From the sequence record OZ196212.1: a DNA stretch of 64,000 nt. One strand, given 5' to 3'. Made by a program: the position numbers and the translations under genes. The stretch's first letter is position 1. Each line of letters opens with the position of its first letter. Positions 27,808-36,621 of this stretch are shown one piece after another. The notes beneath the pieces are model-generated. The model did not search any database, was not told where the DNA came from, and worked only from the letters and a program-made list of their open reading frames with translations.

Positions 27808-28502
27808 AACGAGCATTCATAGAGGCAAGAATCGGTGGTATGTCACTTGTAGGCGTGCATGGCGAATACCCATACGGTCACGGCAATTACTGCACTAACT
27901 CACAAGGCTACTACTTCACCAATATATGGGCAGAGAACTTAGAACACGTGCGCGATGTGCTGAATCTATTGCCAGATGGCAAGTTAGAAGTTCTACTATT
28001 TCGCGGTGAGTCTAAAACAAACTACGTGTATGCCTACGTTATAGACGAGCGTGTGCCGAAAGAAGCGTTACATGCTCCTTACTTCTGTGGTATTAAGACA
28101 AACACAGATATTATTCGACATCACTACGACATCCCTGCCGACAAATGTCTGTGCGATTTTGACGATCTCAAGTTACTCAGTTTCCGTTCGTCAAACAACA
28201 AAGGTCGTATTAAAGCGTCATGCTACGAGTGCGATACTGTCTTCGAATTTCAGCGCGTTAGAGCAACTGGCGTATATCGCGTGCAGAAAGCTACCGATGA
28301 TGGTTGGAATCGATGGGTACTCGCGTGGTTTGACGACGGGACTTTCCGACAACTACCGGATATGGTCGAGCTGTTCCCTAGCGACATCATCAAAGTTGAC
28401 ATCGAGCGCGTGCATGAATTCGGTAGCGGTGCTGAACAAAGTGGCGCAATTGCCGTAGATGATTTCTTGTTTAACGGAATCGTCAGCAAAGATGTGAAAT
28501 AA
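27804..28502 (+). CDS. hypothetical protein
   Basis: 232 aa; CLC and CYEC motifs. Confidence 0.8.
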   Translation: MKRAFIEARIGGMSLVGVHGEYPYGHGNYCTNSQGYYFTNIWAENLEHVRDVLNLLPDGKLEVLLFRGESKTNYVYAYVIDERVPKEALHAPYFCGIKTNTDIIRHHYDIPADKCLCDFDDLKLLSFRSSNNKGRIKASCYECDTVFEFQRVRATGVYRVQKATDDGWNRWVLAWFDDGTFRQLPDMVELFPSDIIKVDIERVHEFGSGAEQSGAIAVDDFLFNGIVSKDVK

Positions 28503-28528
28503 TTGTAACAAAAAATCGGCGTTCCTGC

Positions 28529-28558
28529 GGAGCTAGTGTCTTGCAGACACTTGGCTCC
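28529..28558 (+). promoter_or_regulatory. intergenic RNA hairpin without U-tract, upstream of RBS
   Basis: ggagc-t-agtgtct/tgc/agacact-tg-gctcc. Confidence 0.5.
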
Positions 28559-28572
28559 TTGGCGAGGTAAAG

Positions 28573-28950
28573 ATGAACGAGGTAAATCTTATGGGTAAAG
28601 TTCTTGATGCACGAGGCAACGAGTATGATCTTGATGCTTTATATCGCATAACACCCGCGCACATAAGCAGCGTATATCGTGAACCATCATACATTGGCAA
28701 AGTTACTGCTGATTTTGACTTCGCGTACAACGATGTTGAAGAAATCGAAGATGCGAAGATCGGTACGATTAAGCGTCAGCCACCACAGCTTGAGTTCGGT
28801 CACGTGTATTCATTTGTTCTTCTAGCAGATGGTAATCGCGCAGTTGGTATTTGGCACGGCTCTGAAGTTGGCTTTGCATGTGGTCCCGTTTACGTAACCA
28901 AGTCTGAAATCGACTGTTACACAATCAAGAGAATGAATAATGCACTTTAG
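28573..28950 (+). CDS. hypothetical protein
   Basis: 125 aa, GAGGT RBS. Confidence 0.8.
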   Translation: MNEVNLMGKVLDARGNEYDLDALYRITPAHISSVYREPSYIGKVTADFDFAYNDVEEIEDAKIGTIKRQPPQLEFGHVYSFVLLADGNRAVGIWHGSEVGFACGPVYVTKSEIDCYTIKRMNNAL

Positions 28951-29245
28951 TATTGAACAACTCGACCAAATCGAGAACAACTATCGCGTAGTTGATACAA
29001 TCAATGTAGGTGAGCGTAAAGGTTCACCGCAAGCGAAGTACGTAATCGAAATCACTAAGGGCGATTACTGGCATGGTGGCATGAATGAAATGCAGTACGT
29101 CGATGATGAACTCGTCGGTCACTGGATTCTTGAATACGCTGTTGACCCATATTGGGATGGCGTCGATAAATGCGTCAAGACTGACGAATGGACTCGCGCT
29201 AGAGAAGTGACTGTAACTACATGGGTGGCGGCAGATGAAGTGTGA
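28940..29245 (+). CDS. hypothetical protein
   Basis: 101 aa. Confidence 0.75.
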   Translation: MHFSIEQLDQIENNYRVVDTINVGERKGSPQAKYVIEITKGDYWHGGMNEMQYVDDELVGHWILEYAVDPYWDGVDKCVKTDEWTRAREVTVTTWVAADEV

Positions 29246-29426
29246 ATGTTGCGGTCATCCTGACGGCTCAAGTGATGGCGTAGGCATGATTCTGTGTGAT
29301 GATTGCTATTACAATGGCTATCGCGGTGATTCTCGTGCGACTACTGGTCAGACTGAACAAGGTCAAACTGTATTCGTACCTGCAAGCCTGTTAGAAAAAG
29401 TGAAAGATGTATTGAAAAAGGGTTGA
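29235..29426 (+). CDS. small Zn-finger-like protein
   Basis: CECC...CDDC; stop codon lies in the terminator stem. Confidence 0.7.
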   Translation: MKCECCGHPDGSSDGVGMILCDDCYYNGYRGDSRATTGQTEQGQTVFVPASLLEKVKDVLKKG

Positions 29427-29452
29427 CTTCGGTCAACCCTTTGCTGTATTCT
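29417..29452 (+). promoter_or_regulatory. terminator hairpin with embedded early promoter
   Basis: Perfect 11-bp stem aaagggttgac-ttcg-gtcaacccttt; TTGACT 29423-29428, 18 nt, TATTCT. Confidence 0.8.
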
Positions 29453-29483
29453 ACGTATACGAAATCAAAACGGAGAACGAAAC

Positions 29484-29927
29484 ATGAAACTTGAACAGAT
29501 TAATTGGCTGTGGGACGATAACGAACGTTGTCACCATAAACGCGTATACGACTTCGTTAGCGAAATCGACGGTACTGGTATTCGTCTACTTGTGAATCGT
29601 CACAATCAATACGACTTGAAAGCCGTTCACCCCGAAGTTCCAATGTGCGATGCGTTCGAAATCGAAGAAGAAATCGACGCGACTATCAGCTTTCACAAGC
29701 AAAGCTACACAGTTGTTGAAGTAACTCGCGACTCATTCAGCGTAATGTTCTCTGAGCGTGCTTCTCCGCGTACTATTGAAGATGTGACCACACTCATCAA
29801 CGATTGCTCTTATCAGTGGTCTGAGCAGCGTATAGAGACGCTCACGCAGCGTTACGCTATCGTTTGGAACTCACATCAACAAGGTTACATGATTGACACG
29901 GTAGTTTATGATAGGGATTGGTCATGA
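29484..29927 (+). CDS. hypothetical early protein
   Basis: 147 aa, GGAG RBS. Confidence 0.8.
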   Translation: MKLEQINWLWDDNERCHHKRVYDFVSEIDGTGIRLLVNRHNQYDLKAVHPEVPMCDAFEIEEEIDATISFHKQSYTVVEVTRDSFSVMFSERASPRTIEDVTTLINDCSYQWSEQRIETLTQRYAIVWNSHQQGYMIDTVVYDRDWS

Positions 29928-30208
29928 GTGTATCATTGTTTGAAGTATTCGTGTTCTTCGCATCGGTGATTGCACTGGTTGGTATTCACGCGCTCATGTG
30001 CAAATGGTCAGACCGTTGCGCACACGACTGGATCACCGTGATAAACGAGACTACGAAAAGTCAAGGTGAGTTGTACGGTGAAGCAACGGGGCGCGTACCA
30101 TCACCAAAAACATCATATCAACTTGAAGAATTAACGAAGCGCAAGCGCATTGTCATTATGAAGTGCGCAAAGTGTGGGAAACTAGACAAAACAGTGGAGA
30201 CAATCTAA
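29924..30208 (+). CDS. membrane-anchored protein with C-x-H...CxxC motif
   Basis: N-terminal TM, CAHDW...CAKCG. Confidence 0.7.
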   Translation: MSVSLFEVFVFFASVIALVGIHALMCKWSDRCAHDWITVINETTKSQGELYGEATGRVPSPKTSYQLEELTKRKRIVIMKCAKCGKLDKTVETI

Positions 30209-30492
30209 TGCAATACACCGTAGACTTTCTAAACAACACACTAGAAGATTTGAAAAGCCAACAACTTGGTTGGGTAGTTGCACGCGACGAGAAGAAAGGT
30301 GACGATCTCACACGCGTTGATGGCATTCTCGCTGAACTATCAGTCAAGGTGACATCGCTTGAGCATGATCTTGCAATCATCAAAGCGTCACGCGGTCTGA
30401 ACGCGAAGTACGTGAAGAATTTAGTTGACAATCACTATCGACTTCATCATAATCTAGATGAGAATGACAATTTCATCGACGAGGCAAAATAA
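30208..30492 (+). CDS. hypothetical coiled-coil protein
   Basis: Start moved to ATG 30208 after GGAG. Confidence 0.75.
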   Translation: MQYTVDFLNNTLEDLKSQQLGWVVARDEKKGDDLTRVDGILAELSVKVTSLEHDLAIIKASRGLNAKYVKNLVDNHYRLHHNLDENDNFIDEAK

Positions 30493-31265
30493 TGAGTATT
30501 GAAATCGAACGCAAATGGCTAGTGACGCCAGAACAATATCGTCACTTCGTGAGCAACTTGCTTAACGCTGAGAAACAGCAAATACAGCAACGTTACTTGC
30601 GACGCAAAGAATGCGTGTACAGTGGTGGTGCATTTTACATCTTCCCGAATCACTCAGGTTACGACACCGTGATTCTACGTGCGCCAGAGGGCTGTCCAGA
30701 CTTGTCAGGTCAAGATTTACGTAAGCTTGGTGCTCGTGTGCGCTTGTACACACCATCAAACGAGGGTGAATTCACAATCAAGTTGCCAATCGGTAAAGGC
30801 GTGAAGCACGAAATCAACATCAAATTCGATGCTATCGACTTGATTGTAGATGCTGCACGTGAAGATTACGAAGCACGTGACACTGCCGCGACCGGTTTCA
30901 TTCACAAGATTCGTTGGTCAGAGAAAGTCGATGACATTCAATACGACTGTGATCGATTCAAGAATCGCCCGTATCGCATCATCGAAGCTGAGTTCAAGTC
31001 AATCGAAGCAGCGAACGAGTACGAGCCATGCTTTGATTACATTCGTGAAGTCACCGACGACAAAGCATTCGCGAACAAAAACATGGCGTTTGCATTGAAC
31101 GAACTCGACATCTTGAAGCACAACATCGAGATCTTTTGTAAAGAACTTGACGACGAAGCGACTTACTTCACTGAAGAGCGCGAAGATGTTAGCTACAAAA
31201 CACACGCACATCAGTTAAAGATGACTGCGCGTAAACTACGACTACTTACGAGGAACGATCAATGA
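30492..31265 (+). CDS. CYTH-domain (triphosphate tunnel metalloenzyme) protein
   Basis: EIERKWLV (ExExK), QRYL, RVR, TIK, HE, KIR, IEAEF, EVTDD..F.N..M. Confidence 0.85.
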   Translation: MSIEIERKWLVTPEQYRHFVSNLLNAEKQQIQQRYLRRKECVYSGGAFYIFPNHSGYDTVILRAPEGCPDLSGQDLRKLGARVRLYTPSNEGEFTIKLPIGKGVKHEINIKFDAIDLIVDAAREDYEARDTAATGFIHKIRWSEKVDDIQYDCDRFKNRPYRIIEAEFKSIEAANEYEPCFDYIREVTDDKAFANKNMAFALNELDILKHNIEIFCKELDDEATYFTEEREDVSYKTHAHQLKMTARKLRLLTRNDQ

Positions 31266-31747
31266 GAGTTCATGCAATCGAAATCAACAATCTGACAACT
31301 GGCATGATGTGCGGTGGCGTGACTCAACAAGGTAGCTTGAACTTTAAAGTTGACCGCATTCCCGCTGAAGCAATTTATGAACGTCACGGCAAGTTTCTGA
31401 TCAGCAATACCGATGGTGTATGGCGTCATTTCACTATCGGCAGTCAAGGCGGCTTTGCAGGTCGCACATTCAAGCTGAAGATGAAAGGCGGTAAAGTCTT
31501 CAAAGACAAAGGTTGGCACTACGAAGAGTTTGAAGGTAACTTGTGGGATTCTGCGGCTGGTCATGAGAAGTGCGAAGAACTTGCAGGCAGTCAACTGATC
31601 TCTATCGCGTTGCGTGCGTCTAGTGACCGATGTCAAGTATACTGTGGTGGTTATCTGTTCAGCTTAGAAGAAGTGATTCGTAAAATCGGTCACCTTGTTA
31701 CACTGAGCAACCCAACTCAAAACCAATTCATCGACTTTGGTGGCTAA
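31262..31747 (+). CDS. hypothetical protein
   Basis: 161 aa, GAGGA RBS. Confidence 0.8.
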   Translation: MRVHAIEINNLTTGMMCGGVTQQGSLNFKVDRIPAEAIYERHGKFLISNTDGVWRHFTIGSQGGFAGRTFKLKMKGGKVFKDKGWHYEEFEGNLWDSAAGHEKCEELAGSQLISIALRASSDRCQVYCGGYLFSLEEVIRKIGHLVTLSNPTQNQFIDFGG

Positions 31748-31748
31748 T

Positions 31749-32045
31749 ATGAATCAGTTTTTTAAATTAACAGAAGCGGGTCGCGTGAAAATTAGCAAAT
31801 TTCTCACGGACGATGAAAAACTGTGCGCGGAAATTTCTGCGTATAAAGATCTCATCGAAGAGCTAGAAGCATTGCGCCACGAAAAGGCTGGTGATGTTAG
31901 TGGTGAAATTTCACACATCTCACCCGCGTCTCTCATCTATATGTCTGAGCTGTATCAATCGCGTGATGATATTACGGACAAGCGAGAAGAAGAGAACAGA
32001 CATCTTAACGTTGCATGGGAGGCTTGCAATGAACGCAGATCCTAA
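31749..32045 (+). CDS. hypothetical protein
   Basis: Start moved to ATG 31749. Confidence 0.75.
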   Translation: MNQFFKLTEAGRVKISKFLTDDEKLCAEISAYKDLIEELEALRHEKAGDVSGEISHISPASLIYMSELYQSRDDITDKREEENRHLNVAWEACNERRS

Positions 32046-32562
32046 TAAGCGACTTGAACGACGAGTCGCTGAACTCGAACGTCAAGTTCGAATGCTAATG
32101 AGAGTTCCAAAAGAAAGGCTTGGTACTCGCGATCCCGATTACATAATCGAAGACGACTTTGTAGAAATGCACGAAGCGGACAATCACTTCGATGCGTTTC
32201 GCATTAAAGCCGAGTTAATCGCTGCACTGAGTCAGTCTTCAATTAACTATCTTGAACTGACGTTTGAGAACTACCCTGAAGCTGCTCGATACAAGGTTTA
32301 TCAGAATCATCTTATTCAAGAGACGAAGTTGACTGACGCAGACCGTAAGAAGCTCGCTAAAACGCGCTATCTGCTCGCGTCAGAAGCGGAAGTGGGTGAC
32401 GTGATAGAATGCCCGGGCTGTGGCACTAAAATCGCTAAGAAGACGTATCAGCATCGTTTCTGTTCGCATAAGATTGTCGGTCAAAGCACTTGCAAAGACT
32501 TCATCAACAATTGGTTCAATCCCAAGCGTCTTGAGCGCACGTTAAAATGGTTGGAAAGCTAA
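32029..32562 (+). CDS. hypothetical protein with C-terminal Zn-finger
   Basis: Start moved to ATG 32029 after GGAGG; CPGC...FCS...CK. Confidence 0.75.
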   Translation: MNADPNKRLERRVAELERQVRMLMRVPKERLGTRDPDYIIEDDFVEMHEADNHFDAFRIKAELIAALSQSSINYLELTFENYPEAARYKVYQNHLIQETKLTDADRKKLAKTRYLLASEAEVGDVIECPGCGTKIAKKTYQHRFCSHKIVGQSTCKDFINNWFNPKRLERTLKWLES

Positions 32563-32900
32563 TGTTCGGAATATTCAAAAAGAAAAAATGGTTCGTTGTT
32601 GGGCGTTCTGAAAATCTCGACTTATGGACGGTGACACATGACAGACCACAAGTGAAATGTCGTCTATTGCTTCTAGCGTCTGAGTGTGGTAGCCGCGACT
32701 ACGTGCTTGATATGCTCGACGCATCGCCTAGCAAATTCAATTCGTCCATTCGCTACTGCATGATTGATCAGATCATCCCACGCGAATACGTACATAAGTT
32801 CTTGAATGGGTGGACTGCTGACAAGATTAACCGCGTACACGGTCAGAAAGTGTTCAACATCGAGAAGACCCCATACGAATCATTCAAATCGTGGAGGTAG
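32562..32900 (+). CDS. hypothetical protein
   Basis: Start moved to ATG 32562. Confidence 0.75.
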   Translation: MFGIFKKKKWFVVGRSENLDLWTVTHDRPQVKCRLLLLASECGSRDYVLDMLDASPSKFNSSIRYCMIDQIIPREYVHKFLNGWTADKINRVHGQKVFNIEKTPYESFKSWR

Positions 32901-32903
32901 CTA

Positions 32904-33200
32904 ATGCCAAGTACCACTTATGTTTGTTTTGATTGTCGCACGACGAAGCGTTCTATAACTGAGCGTTTCTGGCATCACGTATCGCACGCTGATCCGTCAT
33001 TGACGTGTCAACATTGTCGCGGTGAAATGAAACCGTTGTCTAGCAGTCACGCGATACCAAAGAAGAGCGACGACAAAGCATGGAGAGCTTTGATGCAGCA
33101 CGTAAGCCAACTGCGCATCAAACAAGAAGCTGAAAACCGTTGGCGAAATCATAACAGATGCGTGAGGTTACGCGATGAAGCACAGAATAGTACATCTTAA
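32904..33200 (+). CDS. Zn-ribbon protein
   Basis: YVCFDCR...CQHC..EM...PKKSDDKAW. Confidence 0.75.
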   Translation: MPSTTYVCFDCRTTKRSITERFWHHVSHADPSLTCQHCRGEMKPLSSSHAIPKKSDDKAWRALMQHVSQLRIKQEAENRWRNHNRCVRLRDEAQNSTS

Positions 33201-33408
33201 AGACGGTCTTGGTATAGACGTGTATCGTCTTCAGTATAAAACGACTTTCTTTCCATTCTGGCGATGGGTGAAAGGTCACGGAGAAGGCGGCTCGTACGGG
33301 ATTCGCGAGTTCATGACATCAACGACCGCAGAACAGCACATCAAGACTCGATTGAATCGTATATTGAGTCGCAAACTGCGCATAGTCGCATATCGAGAAG
33401 CACCTTAG
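33175..33408 (+). CDS. hypothetical protein
   Basis: 77 aa, GAGG RBS. Confidence 0.7.
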   Translation: MKHRIVHLKDGLGIDVYRLQYKTTFFPFWRWVKGHGEGGSYGIREFMTSTTAEQHIKTRLNRILSRKLRIVAYREAP

Positions 33409-33420
33409 GGTGCTTTTTTT
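33398..33420 (+). terminator. intrinsic terminator
   Basis: aagcacc-ttag-ggtgctt plus T-tract. Confidence 0.85.
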
Positions 33421-33440
33421 CGGTTTATTGAAAATAAAGC

Positions 33441-33469
33441 TTGCAACGTGTTTAGAATAAGCCTAATAT
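33441..33469 (+). promoter_or_regulatory. sigma70-type early promoter
   Basis: TTGCAA, 17 nt, TAATAT; atcgaaacgaaac leader. Confidence 0.8.
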
Positions 33470-33502
33470 GTGTCTATCGAAACGAAACACAGAGAGAGCA
33501 TT

Positions 33503-33805
33503 ATGATTCATCAAACTTCAGAACTAAACGAGCTAATCACTTCAATCGTTCGCAAGCAACTTAAAGATAAAGAAATGACTTATGTTCATCTTTACCGCGA
33601 ACCACGTAAGACTGAAACTCAGTCAAACATCGGTGGTAAGTCGATTCGTTTCTGTGGTATTCGTACTCGTAGCATTTCTTACGAACGCTTGCAAACTGTA
33701 CTGTCAGACATCGATAGTGAACTAGCGCAACACGGTTACAAAACACTGCTGCGTTCTATGGGTGGTCAGCGTTACTTCAATACGATTCAAGTAATGAGAG
33801 GTTAA
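33503..33805 (+). CDS. hypothetical early protein
   Basis: Start moved to ATG 33503. Confidence 0.8.
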   Translation: MIHQTSELNELITSIVRKQLKDKEMTYVHLYREPRKTETQSNIGGKSIRFCGIRTRSISYERLQTVLSDIDSELAQHGYKTLLRSMGGQRYFNTIQVMRG

Positions 33806-33806
33806 T

Positions 33807-34151
33807 ATGATTGAGAAGCTTGAGCATATGCTAACCGTGGGTGATATCACGTACGGTTCGTCATGGGATGAGTTCATCAAACTCAATGCCGACGATAAGA
33901 TTATCGTTCTGAATGGCACTCTTAAAGATGGTAAGAAGCTGCCGACGTTTGAACACGAAGAACTTGATCATGTTCTCGCTACGATTAAACAGTCATTATC
34001 TGACCGAGTGAGCACAATCAATCCGTTGAATCGTTTCATAGTGATTCATTCAGATCACAAAAAATTCAAAGTTCGATTTGGTTACGGTGGTATTAGTAAA
34101 TCACCTGCGAACTTTATTCATGAAATTACAATTGGAGTTAAAAACAAATGA
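33807..34151 (+). CDS. hypothetical protein
   Basis: 114 aa, GAGG RBS. Confidence 0.75.
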   Translation: MIEKLEHMLTVGDITYGSSWDEFIKLNADDKIIVLNGTLKDGKKLPTFEHEELDHVLATIKQSLSDRVSTINPLNRFIVIHSDHKKFKVRFGYGGISKSPANFIHEITIGVKNK

Positions 34152-34591
34152 TGGATCCCGAAGTAGATATGGACAACTGGTCTGAGTTGTCAAAAGATGA
34201 GCGTCGTGATCGTCGTCGTGCGATGAATGCAGAACGCGATAAGATGCAAGATACAGTAGACGCACTGTGTGACGCACTGCGATACGATCTTGATAGCTAT
34301 GAAGTTCATACGCACACAATCAAGTTCGACAACGGTACTGAACTGTGGCGTAGCGATTTGAGTCAAATTTGGACAGGTACGACTACTGAAACAGTCTTCA
34401 CGCACAAGCAAGCAAGAGAGATTTCAGATGCGTATATCGAAGGGCGTGAAACTAAGAAGACACGCGCTCAAGAACAAATGCAAAAACGCTTCGCGCCTAA
34501 GCCGAAGAAAGAAAAGAAAACCGCGCCCGTTGAAATAGAAACTAACGGAACTAATTTAGTCGATGACCGACCTTGGTGGAGATTTTGGTAA
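34148..34591 (+). CDS. hypothetical protein
   Basis: 147 aa ending RPWWRFW. Confidence 0.8.
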   Translation: MMDPEVDMDNWSELSKDERRDRRRAMNAERDKMQDTVDALCDALRYDLDSYEVHTHTIKFDNGTELWRSDLSQIWTGTTTETVFTHKQAREISDAYIEGRETKKTRAQEQMQKRFAPKPKKEKKTAPVEIETNGTNLVDDRPWWRFW

Positions 34592-35061
34592 TGAACGATA
34601 CAAAAACAAAACTAGCACTTGCGATCAGTGCAATGAATGAATTCGATGTTGATGTAACATACTCGGCAGCAAAAGAAACAGATCGCACGAATCGCGGCCC
34701 GAGTGTCATGCACGCTCTACCTGCAAACATCAAAGAAATGTGGAAGCATCGTGATGAGTTAAACGCTCGTATCGTACGCACAATTTACAACACTGACATT
34801 ACGATCAGAGAGGGACTTCAAGTAATCGATGATCCACTCGCTGCAATCGGTAAGCGCGTGTCTAAAAAATCAGGCAAGCCGTTTAAAGGTGGCGATGATG
34901 TCATCACTATTCATGGTGTAATCAAGCACCCGAACACAAAAGGTTATGCGTTCACTTACATGTACGTCGATGTTCATGGGACTGCTCAGACTTCATACGT
35001 ACATACATCAATGGTTAAAATCGACTTATCAGAATACACGGAGCTATTCAATGCTAACTAA
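34591..35061 (+). CDS. hypothetical protein
   Basis: Start moved to ATG 34591; SKKSGKPFKGG...HPNT motif. Confidence 0.75.
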   Translation: MNDTKTKLALAISAMNEFDVDVTYSAAKETDRTNRGPSVMHALPANIKEMWKHRDELNARIVRTIYNTDITIREGLQVIDDPLAAIGKRVSKKSGKPFKGGDDVITIHGVIKHPNTKGYAFTYMYVDVHGTAQTSYVHTSMVKIDLSEYTELFNAN

Positions 35062-35458
35062 TCTAAGCACATTCATTCAAGACAACCCATTCAAAGCACT
35101 AGGTCTAGCACTTCTAATCGGTGTTGTTGGTACTAAAATCGTACAAGAGAATCCGCTTGAAGAAAAGCCATTACTCAAGTATCGAGTAGTGTACGAGCAC
35201 ACGGCAGAATACGGTCGCGAATGTGGCGATACCGGTCCTGGTTACTACTGGTTTGCACAAGAGCTACACGAGGGCTTTCTGTCAGATTCATGGGAACCTA
35301 TGGGTTGGTGTGCTGACACAGAACGCAAAGCAATTGCAAACGCTGAAGATGTAATCAAGAAGCGCGTTGAAACGATGAACTCTAAGAACAAAGTTTATCA
35401 AGCATGGGCTACTAAAGAAGACTCTGTTCGCTTCGAACCGTTAAAGGTGGAAGAATGA
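35051..35458 (+). CDS. membrane-anchored hypothetical protein
   Basis: Start moved to ATG 35051 after GGAG; one TM. Confidence 0.75.
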   Translation: MLTNLSTFIQDNPFKALGLALLIGVVGTKIVQENPLEEKPLLKYRVVYEHTAEYGRECGDTGPGYYWFAQELHEGFLSDSWEPMGWCADTERKAIANAEDVIKKRVETMNSKNKVYQAWATKEDSVRFEPLKVEE

Positions 35459-35784
35459 TTGAACTTCATATCTTAATTGCACTGTTCGCAGTGCATTTCA
35501 TTGCTGATTTCTTCGTACAGACAGAACATCAAGCACTGAACAAAAGCAAAAACATTTGGCCACTTGTTCGACACTGCATTACATACGGATTGTGTTTCTT
35601 ACCATTCGGTGCAGTGTTCGCAATCTTAACTGGTATGCTGCATATCGTTGTTGATTATGCGACATCGCGAATGACAAGCAAGCTTTGGGCAAAAGGCGAG
35701 ACTCGTAAATTCTTCCAAGTTATTGGGCTAGATCAGTTCTTACACGCGATTAGTTTAGTAACAGTTTACGTTATTTTGCAATAA
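35455..35784 (+). CDS. DUF3307-like membrane protein
   Basis: HFIADFFVQ, H..Y, H..VD, GLDQFLH. Confidence 0.8.
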   Translation: MIELHILIALFAVHFIADFFVQTEHQALNKSKNIWPLVRHCITYGLCFLPFGAVFAILTGMLHIVVDYATSRMTSKLWAKGETRKFFQVIGLDQFLHAISLVTVYVILQ

Positions 35785-35791
35785 TCGAGAT

Positions 35792-35827
35792 AAAGTGGTT
35801 GCTCATTGCAGCCACTTTCAGTATTAT
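35792..35827 (+). promoter_or_regulatory. hairpin with embedded early promoter
   Basis: aaagtggttgc-tcatt-gcagccacttt; TTGCTC 35799-35804, 17 nt, TATTAT; gagaacattATG leader. Confidence 0.8.
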
Positions 35828-35863
35828 AGCTCTACTTCCAGTGAACTTAAACAAGAGAACATT

Positions 35864-36112
35864 ATGAAAATCAACTTACGCAAACTTCTAATGTGGTGGG
35901 ACGAGCAAGAACAACTAGCTGACGTGTTCACTGAGTTCGTTCTAGAATACGCAATGAAAGCAGGTAGCGACAACTTCGTTTCTGACTATGCACGTGTTCT
36001 ACGCGATTCTGGCAAGTTTACAGTGCCGAATCTAGCTGACTTAGAAAGTCTATTGCGTCATGCTGGTTTGAATACAGAGTTCGACGGTCGTCAAACTCGC
36101 GTTAATCTATAG
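35864..36112 (+). CDS. hypothetical early protein
   Basis: Start moved to ATG 35864. Confidence 0.8.
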   Translation: MKINLRKLLMWWDEQEQLADVFTEFVLEYAMKAGSDNFVSDYARVLRDSGKFTVPNLADLESLLRHAGLNTEFDGRQTRVNL

Positions 36113-36120
36113 AGGTAATC

Positions 36121-36540
36121 ATGTTCAAGAAATTCTGGTACAAATTATTCGGTGATCCTGAATGGAAAGTTGCGGGCTATACAAAGCAACATAGTTTTTC
36201 AGTGACTGGTTCATGGGGTGATACAGGCAAGGTTACGTGCCGTGCAGTTGTTCTAGTCAACAAACACGACGAACGTACCATCAAAATTGTGTATGATGAA
36301 TATGACTACACTCAGTCATTAAGTGACACACATCATCGTCTCATTGACAAGATTATTTCTGTTAAAAAGCAAAATCTGATTCACAGTAGTATGTCAACGA
36401 AGAAGCTCAACTCGTATGACGACTTTGACTTGTGTCTACACCATAACGCATTCTTTGATTGGGAATCATTCAACGACGATTTCATATACGGTGAAGTCAA
36501 TCTAGATGGTACATTAATCGAAAAAAGCGAAGCGGAATAA
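36121..36540 (+). CDS. hypothetical protein
   Basis: 139 aa, GAGGT RBS. Confidence 0.8.
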   Translation: MFKKFWYKLFGDPEWKVAGYTKQHSFSVTGSWGDTGKVTCRAVVLVNKHDERTIKIVYDEYDYTQSLSDTHHRLIDKIISVKKQNLIHSSMSTKKLNSYDDFDLCLHHNAFFDWESFNDDFIYGEVNLDGTLIEKSEAE

Positions 36541-36567
36541 TGGTAGAGGCGGAAAAATTCCGTCTCA

Positions 36568-36621
36568 TCTTAGTGGTATTAGTGAATTTAGTAGTATTAG
36601 AGATATTAGGAGTATTATATG
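36568..36621 (+). repeat. degenerate 9-bp tandem repeat (TATTAG core) overlapping RBS
   Basis: tcttagtgg tattagtga atttagtag tattagaga tattaggag tattatatg; preceded by hairpin 36546-36566. Confidence 0.7.

Noticed and set aside
28519-28570. Possible tRNA or tRNA fragment
   Set aside because: A single hairpin with no cloverleaf, TpsiC arm or CCA. No tRNA was recognised anywhere in the window, though a tRNAscan-SE run would be needed to exclude one.
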